A stretch of DNA of 64,000 bases. Origin: an uncultured delta proteobacterium (GTDB taxonomy: Bacteria > Myxococcota_A > Polyangia > Polyangiales > JAFGIB01). Made by a program: the position numbers and the translations under genes. The stretch spans positions 256,001-320,000 of the forward strand of contig CAVZVA010000002.1 of NCBI GenBank assembly GCA_963778655.1, written 5' to 3'. Positions 38,148 to 49,775 of the stretch are shown in pieces; position 1 is the stretch's first letter, and every line of letters begins with the position of its first letter. The notes beneath the pieces were generated by a model. It was not told the DNA's origin, searched no databases, and saw only the letters and a program-made list of their open reading frames with translations.

Positions 38148-38621
38148 ATGCACAGAAGAATGCTTTGGATCGGGCTTGCGACGCTGCTACTGGCCGCGGG
38201 CGCGTGCAGCTCGTCGAACGGCGGTGGCATCGATGAAAACGGGACCGGTGGGACTACGGATCTCAGCACGGGTGGGACGAGCTCGGGCCTCAACGGCACC
38301 GGCACGCCCGGCATCGGCAGCGGTGGCACGCTGGCGGGCGGCGGCGGCACGCTGGGCGGCGCAACCGGCGGCGCCCCGGCAATCGGCACCGGCGGTGTGG
38401 GCGCGGGCACCGGCGGCATGAACGCGTTTCAGCGGCCCGACGCCGGCCCGGTTGCAACCATGTGCCCGGCCGCGCAGCCGGCCGACATGAGCGCCTGCAA
38501 CGGACCGCGCGGGATGAATTGCACCTACGGCGACATGACCTGTCGCTGCCGCCGCCAGAGCTGGCGCTGCAGCATGAGCATCATGCCGCCCGACAACGAC
38601 GGCGGCGCCGCGGCGCATTAG
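38148..38621 (+). CDS. Gly/Thr-rich lipoprotein with small Cys-rich C-terminal domain
   Basis: AGAC lipobox; GTGG repeats; CP..P...C....CTY...C.C...W.C. Confidence 0.8.
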   Translation: MHRRMLWIGLATLLLAAGACSSSNGGGIDENGTGGTTDLSTGGTSSGLNGTGTPGIGSGGTLAGGGGTLGGATGGAPAIGTGGVGAGTGGMNAFQRPDAGPVATMCPAAQPADMSACNGPRGMNCTYGDMTCRCRRQSWRCSMSIMPPDNDGGAAAH

Positions 38622-38635
38622 ATACAAAGAGCTCC

Positions 38636-38700
38636 ACAGCAAGGCAGGAAGACGGGAAGTCCTGAGTGTTTTGTTCTTCTCGCCTTCCCGTCTGCCTGTT
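38636..38700. repeat. Dispersed purine/pyrimidine hairpin element, copy 2
   Basis: acagcaaggcaggaagacgggaag ... cttcccgtctgcctgtt. Confidence 0.55.
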
Positions 38701-38808
38701 GAATCCTCCGAAGAGCAATTTCAGGACGGGAAGGCGCGATCGCGCCAAATTTGCCTTGGCGCTGCGCAGGCTCGACACTTGCGAACGGGGAAGTGTGAAA
38801 CGCACGCG

Positions 38809-40332
38809 ATGTCGCCGTGGGAAGCCAGACGCTGTGAACGCATCGCCTACCGCGCGCCCGTAGAGCTGCTCGCGTATCCCGAGGGCGGCGAGATCCCCTG
38901 CCGCGTGCTGGCGCGCACCCTGGATCTCGGCGCCGGCGGGATGCAGCTGTGCGCGCCTGTCCAGATGGCGATCGGCTCGGCCGTGACCTGCCGCGTCGAG
39001 CTCGACGGCCGGCCGGCCTCGTTGCCCGGACGGGTGGCCTGGCAGAGCCACCACGATGCCTCAACACGCCACGGCGAAGGGCACGGCATGGGCATCTGCT
39101 TCGATCGACTGGGAAGCTACGAGAGCGCGCTGCTGCAGCGGGTCGTGCAGCGCTCGAGTGGGGAGCAACACCCGGTCGCGTTATGGCTCGCGGGGCTGCA
39201 GGAGCCGGTGCGGGCGCGAGCCCGCGCTCACCCCGGCGGCCTGCAGCTTTCGGCGACCTTGCCGATCCTGGCGCGCGGCAGCGAGCTGATGTTCCGCCTC
39301 GACGAGGGCGGGCCGCTATTCCGCGGTCGCCTCGGCGACGCCCGGTTGTGCGAGGAAGAAGGCGAACGCCGCATCGAGGTCGAGGTGCAAGTCGGCGAGC
39401 TCGATGGCGCGCGCTTCCGCCGCTACGCGTGCCTCGGCGAGGCGGAGCCCGCGAGCCAGTCTCAGGTGGTCGGCGAAGCCGCGGCGGGCGCGGCCGCGAG
39501 CGAGCCCGAGCCCACCGAAGCGGCCGATCCCGTGCTGCCTATATCCGCGTGGCGACGCGTAGTCTGGCCGGCGCTGCTAGTGTCCGGCGCGCTCAGCGCC
39601 GCCCTGACCTGGTCCGCGGGTTCGGGCATGCCTCGCTCACCGGCGCCGGCCGAGCCCGTGTTCGTGGCGCACCCGAGCATGGCGCAGGCGGAGACGTCTC
39701 AGGCCCCGACCGTGGCAGCAGGCGTGCCGGCAGCCGAGGCCGCGCCACCTTCGCCGCAGGGCGCAAGTGCGCCGGCGCCTACCGGCAGCCAGGGCGTGAC
39801 CCCGGCGGCTGCCGGCGGAGCGTTGCGCAGCGCCGCGCCCCGGCCGGACGACGAGGCCGAGGCCAAGCCGCCGTCCAGGCCGGCCGCGGCCACGCCGGAG
39901 CAGGCCGCGTCGCCCGAGCCTGCCCATGCCGAGCGTGCCCCGGCGGCAACGGGCGGCGGACCCGTCGTCGCGCCGGTCGTGGAGCCGGCGGCCGGCCTCG
40001 CTGTGACCGCGGACCCAGCTGCGCCCGCGGCCAGCGCCGACGGCGACGTCACCCTGGTCACCCTTCCCTTCGAGGGAAACCTCACGCGAATGCGCGTGCG
40101 CATCTGGGCCGAGCCCCACGCGCTTGCGGTCGACCTGCCCGGCGGACAGACGCCGCTCGCGCTCGGCCGCTATCCGCTCGGCGCGGGCATCGCCAGCAAT
40201 CTGCAGCTCAACGCGCGCGAAGGAGAGCTGCTGCTTCGGATCAAGGTGCGCGCCCCGATCGCCAGTTACGCGGTGACGCTCGAAGACGGGACGCTCCGGG
40301 TCAATCTGGTGCGGGACAAGCCGCCGGAGTAA
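38809..40332 (+). CDS. PilZ-domain membrane protein with C-terminal AMIN-like periplasmic domain
   Basis: RRCER and DLGAGG PilZ motifs, GRVAW, GMGICF; TM helix; Pro/Ala linker; EPHALAVDLPG. Confidence 0.75.
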   Translation: MSPWEARRCERIAYRAPVELLAYPEGGEIPCRVLARTLDLGAGGMQLCAPVQMAIGSAVTCRVELDGRPASLPGRVAWQSHHDASTRHGEGHGMGICFDRLGSYESALLQRVVQRSSGEQHPVALWLAGLQEPVRARARAHPGGLQLSATLPILARGSELMFRLDEGGPLFRGRLGDARLCEEEGERRIEVEVQVGELDGARFRRYACLGEAEPASQSQVVGEAAAGAAASEPEPTEAADPVLPISAWRRVVWPALLVSGALSAALTWSAGSGMPRSPAPAEPVFVAHPSMAQAETSQAPTVAAGVPAAEAAPPSPQGASAPAPTGSQGVTPAAAGGALRSAAPRPDDEAEAKPPSRPAAATPEQAASPEPAHAERAPAATGGGPVVAPVVEPAAGLAVTADPAAPAASADGDVTLVTLPFEGNLTRMRVRIWAEPHALAVDLPGGQTPLALGRYPLGAGIASNLQLNAREGELLLRIKVRAPIASYAVTLEDGTLRVNLVRDKPPE

Positions 40333-40554
40333 GCGCCGCAACCGCTGCACATGTGTCCACCGCAGGAATCTTGTCGCCAGTTGGCGGGAACGCATTATCC
40401 AAAGCGCTCGCCGCCTGAAGCATCACGCGCCCCGGTACCCCTAGGAAGAGTCAGCCGATTCTGGTAGACGTGCGGCTCGCTTCGAATTTCGGTGTGGGGT
40501 AGCCAAGGGCTGAATAGAGCCAGGCGGCAACTAAGGACGGGGAGAAACCGATCG

Positions 40555-41916
40555 ATGACTAGGTGCAAGCAAACGTGGATAGCTCTCTTTGCGGCAAGCT
40601 TGTGCGCGGCTTACGGCAGCGCGTGCAAGAGCAGTGACAACGGCGGTGGCACGGGCGGTGCAGGGACCGGCGGCGCCGGCACCGGTACCGGCGGTGACAT
40701 GAGTGGAACCGGCGGGATGAACGTCGCCGGCATGGGCGGCGGCGGCACCGGCGGCAGCGGCTCGCTGTGCGTGAACATGGGCGATGACAACGCGGACTGC
40801 CCCACGGTCAAGCCGCAGAACGGCGACTGCGCGCCCAAGGGCGCGTGTTGTCACCGCGCGTCGAACATCGCCAAGGAGGCCATGCTCGGCCCCGATGATC
40901 CGGCGACGCTCTCGTACCGCGTCGAGTTCCAGGAGACGATCAACCAGCCGATGACGATCGGCCAGGATCTGATCAAGAGCCAGGTCACCCAGGTGGTCGA
41001 CACCGAGCAGCAGAGCTTGCTGTTCCAGTTCCAGGTCCCGCGCAAGGGCGGCCAGGAAGTCTCCGGCATGGGCAAGAGCACGATCCAGGTCGGCCGCTAC
41101 AACTGCGACGGCACCTACAGCTTCTACGACAGCACCGCTGCCCCAGCCAACGAAGTCAGCAGCGACACCTCGCGCTGGGCGCCCAAGACCGTCGACATGA
41201 TGGTGGACACGACCAAGACCGGCGCGGACCGCTACCACATTCCGTTCGCGGGCAACCCGAACCGCGATCTCACGTACACGACCTACCTGAACCTCGGCAC
41301 GTTCGCCTACGACTGGGAGCTGATCGACCAGGGCCTCAACATCACCGAGTTCGACACCAGCGACGCAGGACGCGACTGCGTGGGCTCGCGCAGCGGCACC
41401 AAGTGGGTGACCGGCGGCAAGTTCGAGGTCTACACGCCGCTCAAGGGCAACGACAAGCAGGTGATCGCCAGCATCATGCAGAAGTACTGCCAGCTGGTGT
41501 CTTTCGGCATCCTGCCGGTGGATTCGATGGGCAACAAGGTCGACACGCCCTGCAGCACAGAGCGCTGCATGCCCGGCACGGCGGACTGCGCGTGGAAGAA
41601 GCTGCCCGACGCGCTGTGCCCGGAGACCGACACGGAGAAGGGGCTGTTCGGCTGCCACCTGGGCGCGCAGGGCAACCCCAACGGCGAGGACGGCTACCCG
41701 ACCGACGCGGAGATCGCGTGCACGATGGACGCGCCGACGGTGGCCCAGGATCCCGACATGGGCGTGACCACCAAGGGTCAGTGCTGCGACCCGCTGGGCA
41801 CGTCGACCACCCTGCCCGCTTGCAACGCCTATCGCTTGATCCAGGCGTTCACGCTGGCGGCGGCGACCATCACCGACGACCAGAAGCACGATTTGCAGCC
41901 CAACTGCAACATGTAA
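40555..41916 (+). CDS. Cys-rich lipoprotein with Gly-rich tether, unknown function
   Basis: GSAC lipobox, GTGG linker, many paired Cys; strong codon bias; own terminator. Confidence 0.8.
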   Translation: MTRCKQTWIALFAASLCAAYGSACKSSDNGGGTGGAGTGGAGTGTGGDMSGTGGMNVAGMGGGGTGGSGSLCVNMGDDNADCPTVKPQNGDCAPKGACCHRASNIAKEAMLGPDDPATLSYRVEFQETINQPMTIGQDLIKSQVTQVVDTEQQSLLFQFQVPRKGGQEVSGMGKSTIQVGRYNCDGTYSFYDSTAAPANEVSSDTSRWAPKTVDMMVDTTKTGADRYHIPFAGNPNRDLTYTTYLNLGTFAYDWELIDQGLNITEFDTSDAGRDCVGSRSGTKWVTGGKFEVYTPLKGNDKQVIASIMQKYCQLVSFGILPVDSMGNKVDTPCSTERCMPGTADCAWKKLPDALCPETDTEKGLFGCHLGAQGNPNGEDGYPTDAEIACTMDAPTVAQDPDMGVTTKGQCCDPLGTSTTLPACNAYRLIQAFTLAAATITDDQKHDLQPNCNM

Positions 41917-41941
41917 GGCCCCGAGTGGGGTAGAGCCGTAC

Positions 41942-41985
41942 CACCGAGCGCGCCCGCCTCAACGCGGGCGCGCTCGGTGTTTTTT
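41942..41985 (+). terminator. Rho-independent terminator
   Basis: 16-bp perfect stem caccgagcgcgcccgc/gcgggcgcgctcggtg followed by T6. Confidence 0.9.
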
Positions 41986-42070
41986 GGGGGCCTGGGCGGT
42001 CGTAGGGTGCGGGCGCCGGGCAGGACACGTTGATCTCCCCGGGCGGGTCTCATAAGGATCGCCAGAGCCT

Positions 42071-45000
42071 ATGCAAACCGTCGAGGCACTGGTCGCCCGA
42101 TTGCGCAACAACCCGGCCGACCGCGAGGCTTACGAGATCCTCAAGGGTCTGTACTGGCAGCAAGGGGACTACGCCTCGCTCGCCAACCTGATCGCAGGCT
42201 GGGCGGGTTGGGTCAGCGACGACCGCGCCGCGTCGTCGGCCTACCTGGAGGTCGCCGACCTGCTCGCACACAAGCTCGCCGACCCCGCGCAGGCGGAACG
42301 CTTCTATCAGGAGGCGCTGCGACGCGATCCGATCAACCTGGCGGCGTGCGACGCGCTGTGCAGCCTGTGGGAGGGTCAGAACCAGCACGAACGGCTGGCC
42401 GCCTTCCTGCAGGATCAGCTCCAGCTGCTGGCCGAGCACGGCGCCGCGCCCAAGCAGCTCGCCGTGCTGCGCTACCGGCTGGGCGAGCTGTGGGGCAAGC
42501 ACCTAAGGCAACCGACCGAGGCACTGCGCCACTATCGCAAGGCGCTGGAGCTCGACCCGAGCCTGCTGCGCGCCATGTACGAGGCGCGCCAGCTCCACCT
42601 CGAGCAGGGCGAGCTGCGCGCCGCCGCCGAGCTGTACGACCGCGAGGCGGCGGCGGAGCCGAGCCCCGAACGCAAGGTGGGGTTGCTGGTCGAGCTGGCG
42701 GGGCTGTACCGCGACGAGATCGACGACCTGGAGGGGGCGGTGTCCGCCCTGCACCGCGCGCACAGCGTAGCGCCGGAGGACGTGGGGTTGAGCTACGAGC
42801 TGGCGACCGTGCTGATCCAGCGCGCCGAGCACGCCGACGAGCGCACCGCGCGCGGCGACTACGTGCAGGTTGCCGATTCTGATGTGTGAGATTGCAGCCT
42901 CGGTCGATGCCGCGCAGGCGGTCGGCTACCTCGAGACGGCGCTCGGCTATGCGCCCCAGCACGAGCGCGCGGTCTCGACGCTCGAAGCCCTGCTCGAAGG
43001 CGGCCACGACGCGCAGCGCCTGGCGGCCTGCTGGGTGGCTTACCTGGCGGCGGCGCCCTCCGGCCAGGCCGCGCACAGGCGCCGCGTCAAGCTGGCGCGG
43101 GCGTACGTCGCGCAAGGCCAGCTCGAGGATGCGATCTTCTGCCTCGAGCCCGCGGCGCAGGGCGGCTTCTCCGGCGCGACCGAGCTACTCGACGAGCTGC
43201 GGCCGCGCGCGCGCGGTTCGGCCGGCCCAGCCGCGCCGGCCAGCCCGCCCGGCAATCGCGCCCGCAGCACCAAGCCGCCGCCACGCCCGGCGAGCCGTCC
43301 CGCGAGCCGGCCGGTCGCGGCCTCCGCGGCGCGCAGCACGCCCGAGCCGCCGCCCGCCGCCGAGGCGTCGTCGCGCGACATCACCGACCTCGACGACGTG
43401 CAAACCGTGGTGGGGGAGCCCGAGCTGATCGACTCGCTGCGCGAGGCCGCGGCCGAGGACGAGCGCCGCGCGCGGGCAGTCGCGCTGGAGCGTGCGAGCG
43501 AGCCGGGCGGTGCGGCGCCCCCCGTGCCCGCCGAGGCGGCGCCGGCGCTCGAAGAGCTGGAGTCGCTGGACGAGGCCGACGCAATCGAGCAGCCCGAGGA
43601 ACAACCCGAGGAGCCGCCGCCGCCTCGACTTTCGGAGCTGCCCGAGCGGCGCCGGCAAGCCGCCGCGCTGGCGCGCGAGCATCGCCAGGACGAGGCGGCG
43701 GCGGCTTACGAGGAGATCCTGCGCGCCGACCCGCTCGACCGCGAGGCCTTTGCCTTCCTCGACGGCTTCTATCGACGCAAGCAGCAGCACTCGCGCCGCG
43801 CGCTGCTGCTCGAGCGCAGCGCCGCGGCCGAGGGCTTGCCCTCGCGCGTGCGCATCACGCGCCTGCGCGAGGCTGCCGGCACCTACGAAGCGCGGCTCAA
43901 GGACTACGACGCCGCCATCCGCACGCTGCACCTGCTTTCGCAGATCGACCCCGAGGCCGACGACGCGCAGCGCGCGCTCAAGCGCCTGCTCGAGCGAGCG
44001 GAGCGTTGGGACGAGCTGGCGGTCGTGCTGGAGAGCGAGCTTGCAAGGGCCAAGGATGCGGAGCCCAAGCTGCCGCTGCTGCGGCGGCTGGCGAGCCTGC
44101 ACCGGGAGCGCCGCGAAGACCTGGGCGCGGCCGCGGACGCGCTCGAGCGCATGTTGATGCTCAAACCCGACGACCGGGCCAGCCGCGACCAGCTGATCGA
44201 GGATCTGCTCGAGCTGCAGCGCTTTGAGGACGTGTTGCCGCTGCTGGAGCGCAAGATCGAGGAGGCGAGCAGCAAGTCGCAGAAGCTATCGCTGCTGCGC
44301 CAGCTGGCGGGCCTGTGCCGCGATCGGATGGGCGACCCGGATCGTGCGTTCGCGATCTACGAGCGCATGCTGGCGCTGTCGCCCGGCGACCTCGACACGC
44401 TGGGCGAGCTGGCGGCGATGGACGAGGCCTCGGGCAACCTCGAGCGCATGCTGGCGACGCTGGAACGGCAGGTCGCGCTCGCCCAGCCCGCGCACGGCGC
44501 GGAGATCCTGAGTCGCATGGCGCAGATCGCCGAGCAGCGGCTCGACGACGACGAGCGCGCGGCCGAGCTGCTCTCGCGCGCGGTGGACCTGGCGCCGGAG
44601 CAGCCGGGGCCGCTGCACGCGCTGTGCGAGCTATACGAGCGCGGGGGCAACTACGACGATCTGGTCGAGCTCCTGCGCGAGCGCGCGCTGATGGAACGCA
44701 ACCCGCAGCCGCGCGCCGAGCTGTACCGCCGCATCGCTCAGGTGCTGCAGGACCGGGTCGGCGACGAAGAGGGCGCGCGCGAGGCGTGGGAAAAGCTGCT
44801 GCAGATCAAGGAGGACCGCGAGGCCCTGGACGCGCTGCGGCAACGGGCGCTGCAGCGCGACGACGTGGAGAGCCTGGTCAAGCTGCTCGCGCGGCTCGCG
44901 GCGCTCGAAAGCGATCCACTGGAACGCCGCGACCTGTTGTTCGAGCGTGCCTCGCTGTTGCTGCGGCGGCTCTCGCGCGCGGCCGACGCGGCGGCCGACC

Positions 45001-48000
45001 TGTTGCACATCCTGGGCGAGATCGATCCGGGCTTCGAGCCCGCGATGGACGAGCTGCGCGCGGCCGCCGAAGCCTCGGGCGACTACCGCGCGCTGGCGCA
45101 GGTGTTGCAGCAGCGCCTCGAGCGCGCGCAGGACGCGTTCGATCGCGTCGCGCACGCGCGCGAGCTCGCGGACCTCTACGAATCCAAGCTGGGCGACGCC
45201 GAGCACGCGATCGCGGCGCTCGATGCCTGGGCTGCGGCCGACCCGCAGGACGTGGAGCCGCAGCACAGGTTGTGCCCGCTGCTGTCGCGCGCGCGCCGCC
45301 ATCAGGAGCTGATCGTCGCGCTCGACGCGATCGGTTTGCTCGAGATCGACCCGCAGGCACGCGCGCGCGCCGTGATTCAGGCGGCCGAGCTCGCGTACGC
45401 CAAGCAGGGCGACGCGGAGGGCGCGTGGCGCCGGCTGGTGCCGCTGGTGGAGCAGCAGGTGCCCGAGGCGGTCAGCGCCGCGATTGCGCTGGCCGACAAG
45501 AGCGACCGGCTCGACCCGCTCTACGACCTGCTCGAGCGCAGCGGCCAGACCCGCAAGTTGCTCGCGCTGCTGCGCGAGCGCGCGGAGCGCGAGCGAGACA
45601 GCTCCGCGCGCGCCGGCCTGTTGCGGCGGATCGCGCAGCTGCTGATCGACTACGAGGCCGACGAGGAGGGCGCGGCGGACGCCTACCGCAAGCTGCTCGA
45701 GATCGAGGAGGACGGCGACGCGCTGCGCTTCCTGCAGGCGGCGGCGATCCGGCGCGACGATCCGGAGGCGCTGGTCGGTATCCTCGCCCGCCTGGCCGCG
45801 CTCGAGCCCAACGCCGAGGAGCGCCGCGAGCTGTCGTTCGAGCGCGCGCGCCTGCTGTCCACGCGCCTGGAGCGGCCGGCCGAGGCGATTCCGGTGTTCC
45901 AGGAGTTGCTGCGCGCCGACCCCGAGCTCGAGCCCGCGCTCGAGGAGCTGTTGCGCGCCTGCGAGGCGGCGCGCGACCACGCCGCGCTGGCCGACGCGCT
46001 CAGCATGGCGCTCGCGCGCGCCGGCGAGCCGGCCGAGCAGGTCGATCTGGCGGCACGGCTTTCGGAGGTGTGCCTGCGCGAGCTGGGCGACACGCAGCGC
46101 GCGGCCTTTGCGCTGCAGCGCTGGGCGCAGGCCGACCCGGATGACCCGGAGCCGCACCGCAGGCTGCGCCCGATCCTGCAGGGCGCCGGGCAAGAGCGCG
46201 AGCTGCTCGCGAGCCTGGATGCGCTGGCGCGCACCGAGGACAGCGAACACGCCCGCATCGAGGCCACGCTGGCCGCCGCGAGCCTGGCGCGCAACGCGCT
46301 CAAGGACGTGGAGGCGGCCTGGCAACGACTGGCCCCACTGCTGCCCGACGCCGATCCGCGCATCGATCAGGCGCTGTACGCGCTGGCGATGGAGGCCGGG
46401 CGGCAGGACGAGCTGTACAGCCTGCTGGAGCAGGCCGGACGTCACGAAACGCTGGCCGAGTGGCTCAATCAGCGCATCGCGCTCGAGCGCAGCGACCCGC
46501 GCAAGGCCGAGCTGTATCGCCGGCTGGCGCACGTGCTGGGCGGACCGCTGCAGGACGAGGAGGCCGCCGCCCAGGCATGGGCGCGGCTGCTCAAGCTGCA
46601 GGAGGACGCCGAGGCGCTGGGCTTCCTGCGCGCGCAGGCGCTGCGGCGCGACGACATGGCGCTGCTGTGCGACTGCCTGAAGCGACTGGCGGCGCTGGAG
46701 CCCGACGTGAGCGAGAAGCGCGACCTGCTCTACGAGTACGGCCATCTGCTGCGCGCGCGGCTGGGACGGCCGGCCGAGGCGGCTCGCGTGCTGCGCGAGG
46801 TGGTCGAGCAACTCGACCGCGATTTCGATCCGGCGCTCGACGAGCTGGTGGAAGCGTGTGAGGCGACTTCCGACCACGCGAGCCTGGCCTGGGCGCTGGA
46901 GCGCGTGCTTGAACGCGAGCGCGACCCCGAGGTCAGAGCGCAGCAGGCCGACAAGCTGGCGACGCTCTACGAGCAGCGCCTCGGCGATCCGGAGCGCGCG
47001 GCGGCGGCGCTGCGGCTGTGGATTGAGGCGGCGCCGCAGCAGGCAGCGCCCCACCACCGACTGGCGGCGCTGCTGCGAGCCGAGGGCCAGCACGCCGCCC
47101 TGCTGCACGAGCTGGACGCGATCGCGGCCACCGACGAGGACGAGCCGCGGAGGCGCGAGGCACTGCTCGAGGGCGCCCAGCTCGCGTTCGAGCAGCTGAA
47201 CGACGGCGACGGCGCGTTCGCGCGCCTGCTGCCCCTGGCCAACATCGGCGACGATCGTGCCGAGAGCTTGCTCTCGCAGGTCGCATTCGCGAGCGGCAAG
47301 CTCGAAGAGTTGATCGCGCTGTACGAGAGCGCCGAGCGCTACGACGACTTGATCGCGGTGCTGCGCGCGCAGGCCGAGCGCGCAGAGCAGCCGGCCGCCA
47401 GGGCGGAGCTGTATCGCCGCTGCGCGCTGCTGCTGAGCGGACCATTGGCCGACGATATCGCCGCGGCGGAAGCGTTTCGCGAGGTGCTGCGCCTCGAGGA
47501 GGACCCCGAGGCGCTGGCGTTTCTGCGCAGGCAGGCCACGCGGATGGACGATCCGGCGGACCTGGCGGACATCCTGGCGCGCCTGGCCAAGCTCAGCACT
47601 GACCCCAAGGACAAGCGCGACCTGCTGTTCGAGCGCGCCTTGCTGCTCGCCGACCGGCTCGAACAGCGCCAGGAGGCGGTCGTGGTCCTGCGTGCGCTGC
47701 TGCTCGAGATCGACCCGGGCTACGTGCCCGCGATCGAAGAGCTGGTGGCAATGTGCGAGAGCGCCGACGACTACGCCGGGCTGGCGTTCGGGCTGGAGCA
47801 CCAGCTGGTGCTGGCGCGCACGCCGCCTGGACGCGCCGAGCTCGCCCAGCGCCTGGCCGACATCTACGAGGACAAGGTGGACGACCCCGCGCGCCTGGTC
47901 GCGGCGCTGCTTTCGTGGTGCGAGGCCGAGCCCGGTAGCCCCGAGCCGCGCCGGCGGCTGCGCCCGCGGCTGGAGCAGAGCGGCGAGGTCGAGCCGCTGC

Positions 48001-49514
48001 TCTCGGTGCTCGATACCCTGGCCGCCTGCGAGACCTCGGTCGAGGCGCGCCTGGATGCGGCGCTGGCCGGCTCCGAGCTCGCGTTTGCCAAGCAGCGCGA
48101 CGCGGAGGGAGCCTGGCAGCGGCTTTCGCCCTTCGTGCTCGAGGGCCTGGAGCGGGCCGAAGCCGCCGCGCGCGCGCTCGCCGAGCGCAGCGAGCAGTGG
48201 CGCCCGCTGGTCAATCTGTACGTGCTGCGCGCGCAGCGCCGAGAAGACGCCGCCACCGCGCAGGCCGACTGGATGCAGGCCGCCGCCCTGTACGAGCAGC
48301 GCCTGCAGGAGCCGGCCGAGGCGCTCGAGGCGGATCTGCGCGCGCTTGCGCTCGACATCAACAACCGCGCGCTACTCTCGGAAATCGACCGGCTGGCGGC
48401 GGCCTCGGGCGCCTGGGAGCGGCTGCAGCGCGTGTACAACCGCCTGGTCCAGGATGCCCCCGACAACGTCACCCGCATCGAGCTGCTGGCGCGCCACGCC
48501 ACGCTGCTCGAGCACCACGGCAACGACGAGGTCGGCGCGCTGGAGCGGCTGCTCGCGGTGTGCCGGCTGGCCCCCGCGCGCGACGACCTGCTCGAGCACG
48601 CGGCTTCGCTGGCGGCGCGCACCGGCAGCCACGCGGAGCTGATCTGGCTGTACGAGAACCTGGCGCGCAACGCGACCAACGACGAGCAGCGCGCGCGTCA
48701 GATGCTGCGCGCCGCCAAGGTGGCCGACCTCGGACTCGGTGATCGCGAGCACGCCATGCGCGACATCGGCAAGGCGCTGGCGCTGACCGAGGATTCGCCC
48801 GCGGTTGCCGCCGAGATCGAGGATCTCGCGCGCGAGCTGGACCGGGCGCGGCCTGAGCTGGGCAAGGAGGACGCCCGGCGTTCGCTGATTCGCATCCACC
48901 TGGAGCTCGCCCAACAGCTGGGGGAACCGTTCGGGCCGGTGCTGGTGCTGCGCGCCTCGCAGCTGCTCAGCGACGAGCTCGACGACGCGGCCGCGTGCTT
49001 CGACGCGCTCAAGCAGGGCGCGACGCTGTTCCCCAACGATCTCGATCTGTACGACGCGCTCGAGCGCGTAGCGCTCAAGATCAAGCGGCTCGATGCGCTC
49101 GAGGCACACCTGTCGCGCTGCGTGCAGCGCGCCACCGAGGATGAGGTCAAGCGCGCGTTGCTGTGGCGACGCGGCAAGCTGCTGGCCGATCACCTGCAAC
49201 GGCCGGCCAAGGCGGCCGAGGTGTACCGCGAGCTGCTGGCGCTGGGCCCGGACAACGGGGCGGCGTTCGAGGCGTTGCTGCGCAGCCTGCGCCAGGCGGC
49301 TCGCTACCAGGATCTGCTCAAGCTCTACAACGAACGGCTGGCCGCCACCGAGGATCTGGAGGCACGGCTCTCCCTGATGCGCCAGATGGCCTTGTTGTGG
49401 GAGGTCGAGCTGAAGAACCGGCCGAGCGCCGTCGAGCTGTGGCGGGTGGTCCAGGCGCTGGCCCCCAACGACGAGGAAGCCACGGCCGCGCTCAACCGCC
49501 TGGGGGCGGCCTGA
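42071..49514 (+). CDS. Giant TPR-repeat protein (AgmK-like), split by a single-base frameshift near 42878
   Basis: Helical TPR-like repeats in both ORF 42071..42889 and ORF 42870..49514; removing one T at 42877/8 fuses them into 2480 aa. Confidence 0.8.
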
Positions 49515-49652
49515 GCCAGCTCGGCGTCTCGGATTTCAGCCAGGCGCCAAGAGAGACGCTTCGGGCCGGGAATCCTCGTCGTTTTCGCGTGTTGCTGCTT
49601 GGTGGCGGTCACCGACCCCAGACTCACACCGCCCGGCGCTCGGGTTTCTGGC

Positions 49653-49680
49653 TTGCAAAATTGGCCGCGCGGCCTAAAAT
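49653..49680 (+). promoter_or_regulatory. Sigma70-type promoter
   Basis: TTGCAA-N16-TAAAAT upstream of the gene at 49776. Confidence 0.5.
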
Positions 49681-49775
49681 ACGCTCTCCGCTGCGCATGA
49701 CGCTCAGCATGGGGTATTAGCCAGGCCACGGTTTCTTCGGGCCAAGCGGTTTGGCCACGCGGACGCGGAGCAAGC

